DNA from: Promethearchaeia archaeon
Lineage (GTDB): Archaea; Asgardarchaeota; Lokiarchaeia; Sigyniarchaeales; SOKP01
DNA: 64,000 nt
NCBI GenBank assembly: GCA_029856155.1
Contig: JAHQWL010000081.1
Coordinates: forward strand, 1-64,000
Reading direction: 5' to 3'
Shown here: one piece after another, positions 10,106 through 20,062 of the stretch
Numbering within the stretch: position 1 is the first letter of the stretch
Layout: every line of letters begins with the position of its first letter
Notes under the pieces: generated by a model
Databases searched by the model: none
What the model was told of the DNA's origin: nothing
What the model saw: only the letters and a program-made list of their open reading frames with translations
Translations under genes and position numbers: made by a program

Positions 10106-10454
10106 ATGATACAAGCATTATATATTTTTCAGAGTGAGTCAAAGGACCATATGTACAATAAGAATTTTCAAAGTGATGAAAAATTGGAGATGTTTGATTT
10201 ATTTTTTTCAGCATTGCAAACTTTTATCTCAGAACTTACTGAAAGCAGTACGGAATCGTTAAATACCATTGAATTAGGCGAGTATTTTGTTTTAATTATA
10301 CAAATTCATGAAATTTTATCTGACTTATGAAAATTTTGTAGATATTCAGATGATAGACAAATATAAAGCTCTTGCTAAAATAATACTTAGTAAAAATAAA
10401 GTTTCCCGGGAGGAGTTTAAACAAGCACTGAAAGAAATGTCAACGATTGATTAA
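10106..10454 (+). pseudogene. Internally deleted longin-like gene
   Basis: The N-part (LFFSALQTFISEL..LNTIELGEY) stops at 10330; another frame continues YENFVDIQMIDKYKALAKIILSKNKVSREEFKQALKEMSTID*. Confidence 0.55.
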
Positions 10455-10712
10455 GAAATAAGCGAGTATTTATCTTTAAATGTATAATTGCGAGTTATGT
10501 ATGTAAAATTCAGAATATATCTATATATAATTTTTTATAAAGCAATAATTTGTATAATTCACAGAACATAAGTCTATTTAAAAAATAATTTTAAGAATCC
10601 TTATAATAAAATTAATTAACCATTTTTAATAGATAACAATCATAATATCATTAATCAATAGGACTTAATAGAATATAATTTAAGCTAGATTAATTAACCC
10701 GGTTTAGAGTTA

Positions 10713-11225
10713 ATGAAAGTTCTTCCTGCAGATAAAACATGCATAAATTCTGGTTTTTTATGTACCAATTGTCAAGCTAGGTTGGATGCGGGAGAAATAT
10801 CGGAATTTGAAATTGATTTGGCAAAAGATTTAATTCAATTAGAGGAACAAGAAGAACAATTTGCTTTTTTAAAAGAAATTTCATTTTATAAGGCTATTGA
10901 TTATGAAGATCTAATAATACTAGTTGTTGGGAGAAAAGATAAATTGAAAATAACTCCCGATTTGATAGCATGGATCAAAGAAGCATATGAGATTGATGAA
11001 CTAATTTTTATTGAAAAAACAAATAAACCTCGTCCAGTTGTGGAAGCTTTAATTACGCCATACAAACTTTTATCCCTTAATGAAATATTTTTAGCTACAG
11101 GGGATGTTCAATTTAGGGCAGTGCTTTGGGAAGATGATAGAGAAAAAATTTTGTTTACTAAAGAGGAACTTGAAGAATTGATTTATGAATTAACTGGAAA
11201 TATTACACGGGTTGAATTTCAATAA
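10713..11225 (+). CDS. Archaeal NusA-like (KH-domain) protein
   Basis: N-terminal C..SGFLC..C...L..GEISEFEID pattern; typical position upstream of pth2-truD. Confidence 0.7.
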   Translation: MKVLPADKTCINSGFLCTNCQARLDAGEISEFEIDLAKDLIQLEEQEEQFAFLKEISFYKAIDYEDLIILVVGRKDKLKITPDLIAWIKEAYEIDELIFIEKTNKPRPVVEALITPYKLLSLNEIFLATGDVQFRAVLWEDDREKILFTKEELEELIYELTGNITRVEFQ

Positions 11226-11272
11226 TCAATAAGATTTAATTAGCTATTTTTCTAATATTTAATAGATTTACC

Positions 11273-11629
11273 GTGGAAGAATATAAACAAGTAATTTTAA
11301 TAAGAACTGATCTTAAAATGGGAGTTGGTAAAAAGTGTGCTCAGTCTTGTCATGCTAGTGTTTCAGCATCAGATCTAGTCCGGATCCAAGATAAATCAGC
11401 TTGGAAGTATTGGAAGAATACTGGACAGAAAAAAGTGGTTCTTAAAATCCAAAGTATGGACCAATTAAAAGATTTAGTAGTTAAATTTGAATCGAAAAAA
11501 CTACCATATTTTGTTGTTAATGATGCAGGATTAACTCAATTAACACCAGGCACAACAACTGCTATCGGAATTGGCCCCGTGTTATCTAAGGAGATTGATA
11601 AAATAACTGGAGATTTAAAACTATTATAA
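11273..11629 (+). CDS. pth2: Peptidyl-tRNA hydrolase Pth2
   Basis: [39 protein letters not shown]. Confidence 0.97.
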   Translation: MEEYKQVILIRTDLKMGVGKKCAQSCHASVSASDLVRIQDKSAWKYWKNTGQKKVVLKIQSMDQLKDLVVKFESKKLPYFVVNDAGLTQLTPGTTTAIGIGPVLSKEIDKITGDLKLL

Positions 11630-11651
11630 TATAATCATCTAGGCTAAAAAA

Positions 11652-13043
11652 TTGTTCGATCAAGAAATTGATACTTATTTTTTTAAAAGTAATGATGAAA
11701 AAGAAGTAGAAAAATTTGTAGGTATTGAAGTATATACTACATCTAAAATTAGAGGAATTGGAGGAGAATATAAAAAGAATTTTAAGGATTTTATAGTAAA
11801 AGAAATAGATAATAATGGGAAAACACTTAGTATTAAGGAAAATTATAAATCTCACCCTTTTTCTGAAGAATTGAAGGATAGGTATACAACCTTCAATTTA
11901 ATAAAAATTAATAGAGATACGTTTGAAGCTTTAAGAAAGATAAGTAACACTTTAAAAATCCCTTATGGAATTATAAATTATTCAGGATTAAAAGATAAAT
12001 TTTCTATTTCAGTTCAAAAAATTTCAATTAAGGGAGATTATATTGATGAATTAAAAAAATTAAATTTAAAGGATATTTTCATTAGAAATATACATCCAAC
12101 TAAGAAACCTGTCAAATTAGGAAGTCATCAAGGTAATAATTTTACAGTCTTAATAAGAAATATAGAAAATAGTAAGAATTTAAGAGATAATTTAGAAAAA
12201 TTAATTAATTTTTTAAGTAATTTTGGATTCCCCAACTATTTTGGCCTTCAAAGATTTGGTAGTTATAGACCAAATTCTCATAAAGTTGGACAATATATTC
12301 TAGAAGGTAATTTTAAGAATGCATTTGAGGAATTTGTGTCGACTACTTATACTACAGAATCTGATGAATCAAAATTAGTGAGGAGAGAATTCAGAAGTGA
12401 TAGAGATTTTGAAAAAGCTTATGCAAACTTTCCAAAAAACTTAAAATATGAAAGAAATATGCTCTATTATCTGATTAAAAATCCAGAAGATTATGAGGGT
12501 ACTATTAATACATTACCCTCTGATTTAAAAAAATTATTAATTAGTTCCTTTCAATCATATATTTTTAATAAAATGCTTTCTTTAAGAGTTGAGAAAGGCT
12601 TCCCTTTATTTAAACCAATAAAAGGCGATGTAATTAGCATATTAGATGACTATAATGGAAATGTCACTAATGTGAAATACATTTATGGGGAATCTTATGA
12701 TAAATATCTGAAAAAGGCTATAGATTTAAATCGAGCGGCAATAATAATGCCTATTATTGGGAGTAATACTGATTTAGAGTTATTTCCATTAATGAAATCA
12801 CTATTCGAAGAAATTGCTAAGCGGGAAGAGATTGATAAATATATTTTATGTAGCAAATTGAACACAGAACTAGAAATGAGAGGTGCTCTTAGAACGATTA
12901 CGGCTAAACCAACTGCTCTAAAAATGTTAGAGTTTACGGAGGACGATCTTAATCCTAGAAAGAAAAAAGTCAAATTTGAATTTTCTTTACAAAAAGGAAG
13001 CTACGCTACGATGTTGATTAGAGAACTTATTGGATCACCTTAA
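11652..13043 (+). CDS. truD: tRNA pseudouridine(13) synthase TruD
   Basis: DFIVKEI, GLKDK, GNNF, FPNYFGLQRFG, KGSYATMLIREL. Confidence 0.96.
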   Translation: MFDQEIDTYFFKSNDEKEVEKFVGIEVYTTSKIRGIGGEYKKNFKDFIVKEIDNNGKTLSIKENYKSHPFSEELKDRYTTFNLIKINRDTFEALRKISNTLKIPYGIINYSGLKDKFSISVQKISIKGDYIDELKKLNLKDIFIRNIHPTKKPVKLGSHQGNNFTVLIRNIENSKNLRDNLEKLINFLSNFGFPNYFGLQRFGSYRPNSHKVGQYILEGNFKNAFEEFVSTTYTTESDESKLVRREFRSDRDFEKAYANFPKNLKYERNMLYYLIKNPEDYEGTINTLPSDLKKLLISSFQSYIFNKMLSLRVEKGFPLFKPIKGDVISILDDYNGNVTNVKYIYGESYDKYLKKAIDLNRAAIIMPIIGSNTDLELFPLMKSLFEEIAKREEIDKYILCSKLNTELEMRGALRTITAKPTALKMLEFTEDDLNPRKKKVKFEFSLQKGSYATMLIRELIGSP

Positions 13044-14517
13044 TTTCATGTTTTTTAATAGTTTCGATTCCAAAAATATCAATTACTTTTACTACCACCT
13101 TAAAATAGCCCGGTTTATCATAATAATGACCATCTGATCTTAAAGATAATTTTCTGAATTTTGGGTTTCTATAAGAATAAAACATGTTTTTAAAAATATT
13201 ATTTTTCGAATCAAAATCAATAGCCCAATAGTCAATCCAATCCGAGAAAGACTTTATATTTTCTAATATTTTCTCTGATATTAAATCTATAAATGGTATT
13301 TTATAATCTATTAATTCTACCGTAATTACATTATCATTTTGATGGATTTTAGTCTTAAATTCAGGAGTTTCTCTGACTTTTAAACTTTTTTCATTCACAT
13401 TTTCTCTCTTTAAAAATGCATCTGAGAGGGTATATTCTTCTTCATTTTTATCTATGCCTTCTATTTTAAATGGTTGAGGATTCTTATCATATTTTTTATT
13501 CCAATTTATCATATCATTACTCTGACTAAGGTTTAGAATTCTTTTTCTCGTCATATGAATCGCATGTTTGTTTGAGTCACATCCAATCCAATATCTTCCT
13601 AACTTTTCTGCTACGGCGAGTGCAGTACCTGAACCACAAAAAAAATCTGCAATGATATCATTTTCCTTTGTTGAGGATAATATTATCCTTTTAAGAAGTC
13701 TTTCTGGTTTTTGTGTGGAAAAACCTTGATATTCTGATGTATTCGCTCTTATATAGGGAACATCATTCCAAACATCTCTCGGGAAAATTCCTTCTTTCTC
13801 TACATAAACTTTTCTCGATAATTTTTTTCGATTATGGCTTCCACCTCTATAATAAAATATCCCATGCTCATCTTTCTTTAACGCGTTTTTAACCCGATTT
13901 GAGTACTCCATATAAATATTAGGATTATCGTTAAATACATAATTATCTGATTTTGAATAAAAAAGAATAGTATCGTAGGATCTAATGAAAAAACTTCTGG
14001 TTTTAACCGATGCTGCGGGATATGCCCAAATTATTTCATTCCTAAAATTTTCTATCCCAAATATCTCATCCATTATTAGTTTTATATAGTGAGAAATATG
14101 CCAATCTAGATGTACAAATATTGATCCACTAATTTTTAGCAGTTCTCTCATTAAAATAAGCCTCTCATGCAGAAAATTCAAATATGTTTCCAATCCTTCT
14201 TTCCACTTATCTTTATAAGCAATATCGTCTATATAATTACCATCTTCCCCTATTTGAATCTTAAAATTGAAGTTACTTCCCGTACCAAATGGGGGATCGA
14301 TATAAATTAGAGATATTTTATTTTTAAATTCATCTAACAATGAATTCATTACTACTTTATTATCCCCCCAAATTAGTAGATTTTGCCATTTTTGTTCCGA
14401 TTTAGAATCAATACTGATAGATGGATATATATCGAGAATATGAAGAGGTTTAGTTTCATATAATTTTGAAATACTATCCTCTCTTTCCACTTTGCCTTTC
14501 CATTTCAATTCAACCAT
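13027..14517 (-). CDS. Site-specific adenine DNA methyltransferase (beta class, N6/N4 family)
   Basis: YIDPPF motif IV precedes TQKPERLL and DFFCGSGT motif I. Confidence 0.9.
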   Translation of the reverse strand: MVELKWKGKVEREDSISKLYETKPLHILDIYPSISIDSKSEQKWQNLLIWGDNKVVMNSLLDEFKNKISLIYIDPPFGTGSNFNFKIQIGEDGNYIDDIAYKDKWKEGLETYLNFLHERLILMRELLKISGSIFVHLDWHISHYIKLIMDEIFGIENFRNEIIWAYPAASVKTRSFFIRSYDTILFYSKSDNYVFNDNPNIYMEYSNRVKNALKKDEHGIFYYRGGSHNRKKLSRKVYVEKEGIFPRDVWNDVPYIRANTSEYQGFSTQKPERLLKRIILSSTKENDIIADFFCGSGTALAVAEKLGRYWIGCDSNKHAIHMTRKRILNLSQSNDMINWNKKYDKNPQPFKIEGIDKNEEEYTLSDAFLKRENVNEKSLKVRETPEFKTKIHQNDNVITVELIDYKIPFIDLISEKILENIKSFSDWIDYWAIDFDSKNNIFKNMFYSYRNPKFRKLSLRSDGHYYDKPGYFKVVVKVIDIFGIETIKKHEIKVIQ

Positions 14518-14602
14518 AAATATAAGATAAGAAAGCAAAAATTTTATTTTTAATTTAATTTTAAAGAATATGTTCGAGAAAAAATTGAGAGTTGTAGATT
14601 AG

Positions 14603-15925
14603 TTGGAGCTCGATAATTTAGGAGATTGGAGAAAAACGCATTTCACTAAAGATGTAACAATAGAACTTGTGAGTAAAGAAGTTATTTTAGGTGGATGGGT
14701 TCGTAATTATAGAAATCTTGGAGGCTTAAAATTCATCTCTTTGCAAGATAAATATGGAGAGCGTCAAATAACCTTGAAAAAGGGAGTCGTTTCCGATGAA
14801 TTATTTGAAAAAGCGAAGGTTGGATATCAATACTGTATAATGGTAAAAGGAATTGTGAAAAAATTTAAGGAGGCACCTGGAGGAATTGAAATAATCCCCT
14901 CTGCATTAAAAATATTAAATACAACTCCTGATAAACTTCCTATAGATATGACAGGAGAAACCGTCTCAGAGTTAGATCTTAGATTAAATAATAGGGCTTT
15001 AGATTTAAGATCACTAAAAAATCAAGCTGTGTTTAGAATCAGAGGAGAAATGTTTAAGTCAATTCGAAAATTTTTATTTGAACGTAATTTCACTGAAATG
15101 ACAACTCCAAAGATTATAGCTTCTGCAACAGAGGGAGGTACTGAGCTATTTCCAATTATATATTTTGAAAAAGAAGCATTTCTTACTCAGTCAGCTCAAT
15201 TATATAAAGAACAATTAAGTGGAGTTTATGAAAGGGTTTTTGAAATAAGTGATTGCTTTAGAGCAGAAAAACATCGTACAAAAAGACATTTATGTGAAAT
15301 CCTTACGTTAGATGTCGAAATAGCTTTTTCTACAATGGAAGATGTTCTTAAACTTTTAGAAGAACTTGTTTATAATGTTCTAGAGGATATAAGAGAAAAC
15401 CAGATGACTGCTTTAGACTATTTAGAAATGGAAAATATATCAATGACACCAGAAATTCCCTTTCCTAGATATAAATACGAAGAAATCATTGAATTAATAT
15501 CCACTAAATTTGGAATTAATATTGAGTTTGGAGAGGATATATCTACTGAAGCTTATCGAAAATTGGGTAAAGAATTAACAAGTTATTATTACATAACTCA
15601 TTGGCCAATGTCCATTAAACCTTTTTACATTATGCCTTCGAAAGATTCTAAATATAGTGAATCGTTCGATTTGCAGAAGGGAATGTTAGAATTAACCTCT
15701 GGAGGAACTAGAGTTCACAATAAGGAACAACTAATAAATGCCCTTGAAAGTAAAGGGCTGAATTCATCTTCTTTCAGATCTCATCTAAATTCATTTGATT
15801 ACGGTATGCCTCCACATGCAGGATTTGGTTTAGGTATAGATAGGTGGCTCACAATGATATGTGGACTTAATGATATTAGAGAAGCTGTAATGTATCCTCG
15901 AACAGCGGATAGATTAACACCTTAA
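14603..15925 (+). CDS. aspS: Archaeal aspartate--tRNA ligase, probably non-discriminating
   Basis: OB-fold N-terminus, ATEGGTELF, FRAE, GMPPHAGFGLGIDR; Pro in the EAPGG loop. Confidence 0.95.
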   Translation: MELDNLGDWRKTHFTKDVTIELVSKEVILGGWVRNYRNLGGLKFISLQDKYGERQITLKKGVVSDELFEKAKVGYQYCIMVKGIVKKFKEAPGGIEIIPSALKILNTTPDKLPIDMTGETVSELDLRLNNRALDLRSLKNQAVFRIRGEMFKSIRKFLFERNFTEMTTPKIIASATEGGTELFPIIYFEKEAFLTQSAQLYKEQLSGVYERVFEISDCFRAEKHRTKRHLCEILTLDVEIAFSTMEDVLKLLEELVYNVLEDIRENQMTALDYLEMENISMTPEIPFPRYKYEEIIELISTKFGINIEFGEDISTEAYRKLGKELTSYYYITHWPMSIKPFYIMPSKDSKYSESFDLQKGMLELTSGGTRVHNKEQLINALESKGLNSSSFRSHLNSFDYGMPPHAGFGLGIDRWLTMICGLNDIREAVMYPRTADRLTP

Positions 15926-15956
15926 TTAAAATATAATAATAAAATTTTGTAAGAAT

Positions 15957-16874
15957 ATGACAAATAACTATATTCAAGATTATATTAAAGCTGGGAAGGG
16001 AGCTATAGCAGCGAAAAAACTAGCGAAGAAATTAGTTAAACCAGGAGAATCTTTTTTAAAAATTGCTAATAAATGTGAAGCTGAGATAATTAAAAATGAA
16101 TGTGAATTGTCATTTCCAATCAATATGTCTTTAAATGAAATTGCTGCTCATTATAGTCCTCCAATAGATGATCAAACTATAGTTCCTGAAAAAGGGTTAT
16201 TAAAAATTGATGTTGGAGCACACTATAATGGTTTTATAGCAGATTCTGCATTTACAATAAATATTGATGAAGATCCAAAGCTTCAGAATTATATTGAAGC
16301 TGCAAAAGAAGCTCTTGAAGCTGCAATTGAATTGTTCAAACCTGGAATTAGATTATATGAAATGGGGGAAGTTATCGAGCAAAAGATTATAAATCGAGGT
16401 CTAAAACCTATAAAAAATTTAGGTGGTCATGAATTAAAACAATATGATTTACATGCAGGTCCTTTCATTCCAAACCATAAAGATATAATACATAATCAAA
16501 TACTTAAACCCGGAGATGCATATGCTTGTGAACCTTTCGTAACTTCTGGAGCAGGGAGTGTTGAAAATGGGGATCATGCTTATATATTTCGGTTTTTAAA
16601 GAGAGTAAAAAAAAATATGTCTTATGAACATTTAGGATATATGAATAAAATCGAAAGTAATTTTGGACGACTTCCCTTTACCCCTCGATGGATCGAAAAG
16701 AATAATCTTATCCCAAAAAGTAAAATTCAACGAACGCTTGAATTTTTCATGAGTAAAAAAATCATAGGTAACTATCCTATTTTAATTGAAATGCTTAAAA
16801 AACCAGTTGCTCAAGAAGAACATACAATTATTCTGGATGAAGAAGGGAAACAAATTGTTACTACAAGAGAATAA
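15957..16874 (+). CDS. map: Type II methionine aminopeptidase
   Basis: AAHY, KIDVGAH.NG.IADSAFT, NLGGH, LHAG, EPF, AQEEHT. Confidence 0.96.
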   Translation: MTNNYIQDYIKAGKGAIAAKKLAKKLVKPGESFLKIANKCEAEIIKNECELSFPINMSLNEIAAHYSPPIDDQTIVPEKGLLKIDVGAHYNGFIADSAFTINIDEDPKLQNYIEAAKEALEAAIELFKPGIRLYEMGEVIEQKIINRGLKPIKNLGGHELKQYDLHAGPFIPNHKDIIHNQILKPGDAYACEPFVTSGAGSVENGDHAYIFRFLKRVKKNMSYEHLGYMNKIESNFGRLPFTPRWIEKNNLIPKSKIQRTLEFFMSKKIIGNYPILIEMLKKPVAQEEHTIILDEEGKQIVTTRE

Positions 16875-17715
16875 TTTCAAAGAAAAAATATCTGGAGTCA
16901 TTTTATGCGCTGGAGAGGGAAAGCGACTTAAAAAATTTACAAAAAATACCCCTAAATCATTAATAAAAATAGAAAAATTAGATAATATTTCAATTCTCCA
17001 TCATAGTATTAATAATCTAATTAATTTAGAAATAAAACAAATAGGCGTGGTTATTGGTTATTTAGGAGATTCCATCCGTGAATTCATTTTATCATTGGAA
17101 AAAAAAAATCAAACCATACAAGATAAATTAATAATAATAGATACTGAAAATCAGTATAAATTTGGACCACTATATTCATTATTATCAATAATCAAAAATA
17201 AAGATTTCTTCACATTGAAAAATTACTTCTTAGTAATTCCTGGTGATACAATTTTTGATTATAACTTACTAAAAGAAGTTTTATCTATAACATCTAATAA
17301 TTTTGATTTGATTCAGGTGCATCCCTTTATTTTTTATAGGATTATAGGATTACAACCATTAAAAGAACTATATAATGTAAATAGTATAATTTCAAATGCT
17401 GAAATTGAGAATTTCGGGTCAAAAACTATTTTAAAAAAAATAACTCAAGGAAAAATTAAAAATTTACCTTTAAAAAAGGTTATTAATCAAATTATTCCGG
17501 TAACTGTATTTAATTATCATTTTATTAATGAGATGTTGAATTTGAAAGGAAAAATACCATATAAAACAGTATGGGAATCAATGAACTATATGGTTAATAA
17601 TGGAAAAAAAATCTATGCTTTTGAAATAAAAAGTAAACACCAATTTTATGATATTGATAATAAAAATGATCTTAAAAGCCTAAAAAAAAAAGAGGACAAT
17701 AGGTGCTCCGATTAA
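16786..17715 (+). CDS. Sugar-phosphate nucleotidyltransferase family protein (start uncertain)
   Basis: ILCAGEGKRL..TPKSL, PGD, YDID. Confidence 0.8.
   Translation: MKCLKNQLLKKNIQLFWMKKGNKLLLQENNFKEKISGVILCAGEGKRLKKFTKNTPKSLIKIEKLDNISILHHSINNLINLEIKQIGVVIGYLGDSIREFILSLEKKNQTIQDKLIIIDTENQYKFGPLYSLLSIIKNKDFFTLKNYFLVIPGDTIFDYNLLKEVLSITSNNFDLIQVHPFIFYRIIGLQPLKELYNVNSIISNAEIENFGSKTILKKITQGKIKNLPLKKVINQIIPVTVFNYHFINEMLNLKGKIPYKTVWESMNYMVNNGKKIYAFEIKSKHQFYDIDNKNDLKSLKKKEDNRCSD
17682..17691 (-). terminator. Poly-T (T10) terminator of the candidate ncRNA
   Basis: Run of 10 A on the + strand, 2 nt beyond the 3' strand of the closing helix. Confidence 0.6.
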
Positions 17716-18184
17716 TCCAAGTATAATTGATTCAAGGGACTTTGGCAAAATCATTATCCATTGAAGCAATTTTGTAATCAAAGCTCCTATTTACAAATTT
17801 ATACCTTTTTTCGATATAAGTGTACTCAAGTTTCAATGTCTCTGGTACCAAATATTTAAAACTCTTAATTCGACACGAATATAAGCATTAATGCCAAATT
17901 GTCTTGTAAATCAATATCGAATAAATTTAAGTATAGATGTGCGTGAAAAATAAATTCCTGTTTCAACTTGCTAATTTAGAAGCATTATACATCTTTTCCC
18001 CGCGTTAAAAAAGGAATGAATGATTAAAATCTTTGAAAGATATTAGGTTGATTTTAGATTCTTAGAGCCCGAATAAAAAAACTTTGTCGGAAATAAAATA
18101 TTAATTCATTTTAAGGTAACGATTAATTCGGTGTAAAAACCGCAGTTTTGTATCCAAATCCAATGCAAAATTTACCTATTGTCC
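17694..18184 (-). ncRNA. Candidate ~491-nt large structured ncRNA of unknown family
   Basis: Ends GGACAAUAGGU / ACCUAUUGUCC pair perfectly; at least 7 further nested helices; no ORF; TATA box upstream and T10 downstream. Confidence 0.7.
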
Positions 18185-18207
18185 AGATAAATATATGATA
18201 ATTTGAC

Positions 18208-18215
18208 TATTTAAA
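18208..18215 (-). promoter_or_regulatory. TATA box (TTTAAATA) for the candidate ncRNA
   Basis: At -31..-24 relative to the G at 18184, with A-rich BRE-like sequence upstream. Confidence 0.6.
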
Positions 18216-18327
18216 TTTTATTATTAAGGACAATAATAAAATCATTGGTATCTACGACAAAAAATTAATTATTTTTAGAATTAAATTAAAATAATATAAA
18301 TATCAGAAATTACATTATTTATAAAAT

Positions 18328-18702
18328 ATGAGTGTACCAATAAAGATTATTTTGTTCGGAATTGGCACTTTAGAAGGCAATATCATCCGTCATCTCTCTC
18401 CTCTTACCGCAGATGCTATAATTAATAAATTACCTTTCGCACTTAGAGGTAGATATAGTTTTGGTTCAAAAAATTATTGGACACTACCTGGTGTTGAAAT
18501 TTACAAAGGAACTAATCCGAAATCGATAATTAATGCAGAAAAAGGTGATATTCTTTACAACCCTAAAACCGATGAGTTTATAATAGCTATTGAAGAAATT
18601 GAAATGTCTAATAAAGTAAATAAAATTGGAAAAATAAACACTAATCTTGACCTACTGTTACAAGCAAGGAATGGATTAAACACCAAAATTTTAAAGAAAT
18701 AA
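18328..18702 (+). CDS. Cyclophilin-like fold protein
   Basis: SPLTADAIINKLPF and EKGDILYNP pattern. Confidence 0.65.
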   Translation: MSVPIKIILFGIGTLEGNIIRHLSPLTADAIINKLPFALRGRYSFGSKNYWTLPGVEIYKGTNPKSIINAEKGDILYNPKTDEFIIAIEEIEMSNKVNKIGKINTNLDLLLQARNGLNTKILKK

Positions 18703-18709
18703 TAAGATT

Positions 18710-19543
18710 ATGGTAGTTTCAAAGAAGCTAACAATAGTTTTTATAATTTTCTATTTATCTGTAATTGTTTATATCTTTCTATTTTTATACCTACCTGATT
18801 TTCAGAACTTTATTGTTAATTCAAGACAAAATTTAACAATAATCACACAAGGAGCAAATTATTTTTGGGCTCTTTTAATTTCTCTTGGAATATGTTTTTT
18901 AGGCTCAGCATCAATAGGGTTTCCAGTTCCTTTTCCGTTTGTTTTATTTTCTCTTTCAGACTCAATCTATCGTAATTTTTCTAGTTTGGGTCTAGATATA
19001 ACACAAATCTTGCTATCAGGACCTTTTTGGTTTCAAATTATTGGTCTTGCAGTATTTGGAGGTTTAGGCAGTGCTTTAGGAGAATTTACTGGTTATAGCG
19101 TTGGCTATGGGGCCAAAAAGTTAGTAAAAGAAAGAGATTCAGATCTGCTAGTTAATGTAAATGGATTTGGTAAATTAATCTTAGAAAATGAAAAACGTAC
19201 TCCCTTCTATATTTTTTTATTTGCTCTAACTCCACTCCCAGATGATATTTTGTTTTTACCTTTAGGAATGATTAAATATCCTTTTTGGAAATGTATTATT
19301 CCCGGTTGGTTAGGTAAAAATGTAACAACCTTATTTTATTGTTGCTGGCCTATTTTTGTAGCACTTGGTTTAGTAACCCAAGGAATCCAATCTAACGATA
19401 TTTCAAGCGTAATAACGGAAGCAATTTTATTATTAGTCACTATAACAGTAATGTTTTTTATTATGTCTTTTAATTGGACGAAATATCTCGAAAAACGAAG
19501 TCAGAAGAAGCTTAAAAAAAGCCATACACATATAATTGAATAA
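18710..19543 (+). CDS. VTT/DedA-family membrane protein
   Basis: GSALGEFTGYSVG and FALTPLPDD motifs. Confidence 0.85.
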   Translation: MVVSKKLTIVFIIFYLSVIVYIFLFLYLPDFQNFIVNSRQNLTIITQGANYFWALLISLGICFLGSASIGFPVPFPFVLFSLSDSIYRNFSSLGLDITQILLSGPFWFQIIGLAVFGGLGSALGEFTGYSVGYGAKKLVKERDSDLLVNVNGFGKLILENEKRTPFYIFLFALTPLPDDILFLPLGMIKYPFWKCIIPGWLGKNVTTLFYCCWPIFVALGLVTQGIQSNDISSVITEAILLLVTITVMFFIMSFNWTKYLEKRSQKKLKKSHTHIIE

Positions 19544-19545
19544 TA

Positions 19546-19731
19546 TTATACGATATTATTATTTAAGCAATTCTTACAAACAAAAACAATTTTCCTTTTT
19601 TTCTCTGAGTTTTCATCGTAATAAATTCTTTTATAAATGAAATTCTTACAGATCTCACATATTGCCGGAGTTCGGGTTTCTTCAATTAATGGTCCTAAAT
19701 GTTCAAAATTAGCTTTAACTCTTGAATTCAT
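19546..19731 (-). CDS. Small zinc-finger protein
   Basis: CEIC...CKNC; abuts the Alba-like gene on the same strand. Confidence 0.65.
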   Translation of the reverse strand: MNSRVKANFEHLGPLIEETRTPAICEICKNFIYKRIYYDENSEKKRKIVFVCKNCLNNNIV

Positions 19732-19735
19732 CGAT

Positions 19736-20062
19736 TTAAATTGTTGATTTGGTTTGAAGAGTGATTTGAATATTAGAAATTATATCAGTCTTCTTTTTAT
19801 TAACTTTAGTATTTTTCCTGTAATAACCTCTTTGTCTATTATCAAAAAATGGTCGGCTTCCTAAAGCAACGTTTGCAATTTCAATTCTAGGGTACATGCG
19901 ATTTTTTAGGATTTCAGCTACTTCTACCGCAGTACTGATTTCTTCTCCTTCACCCTTAATTAATAGTGATTTTCTACCCCCAGAAAATGCAAAAATTGCG
20001 TCTTTAATTGATTTATCTTTATCGTGTCTGTTTCTAATTATGATTGTAGTTTCATTAACCAT
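19736..20062 (-). CDS. Divergent Alba-family nucleic-acid-binding protein
   Basis: IKGEGEEISTAVEVAEILKNR..I.NV.LGS...ISNIQITL matches Alba KARGxxISxAVDVAE...VSxIEI. Confidence 0.8.
   Translation of the reverse strand: MVNETTIIIRNRHDKDKSIKDAIFAFSGGRKSLLIKGEGEEISTAVEVAEILKNRMYPRIEIANVALGSRPFFDNRQRGYYRKNTKVNKKKTDIISNIQITLQTKSTI

Noticed and set aside
17694-18184. Element as RNase P RNA, SRP RNA or a MITE
   Set aside because: AAAGUCCC and GGGCUC fragments occur but in the wrong order and context for P4; no SRP helix-8 motif; no target-site duplication, second copy or transposase, and promoter/terminator placement fits a transcript. Not fully excluded without Infernal and a genome-wide search.
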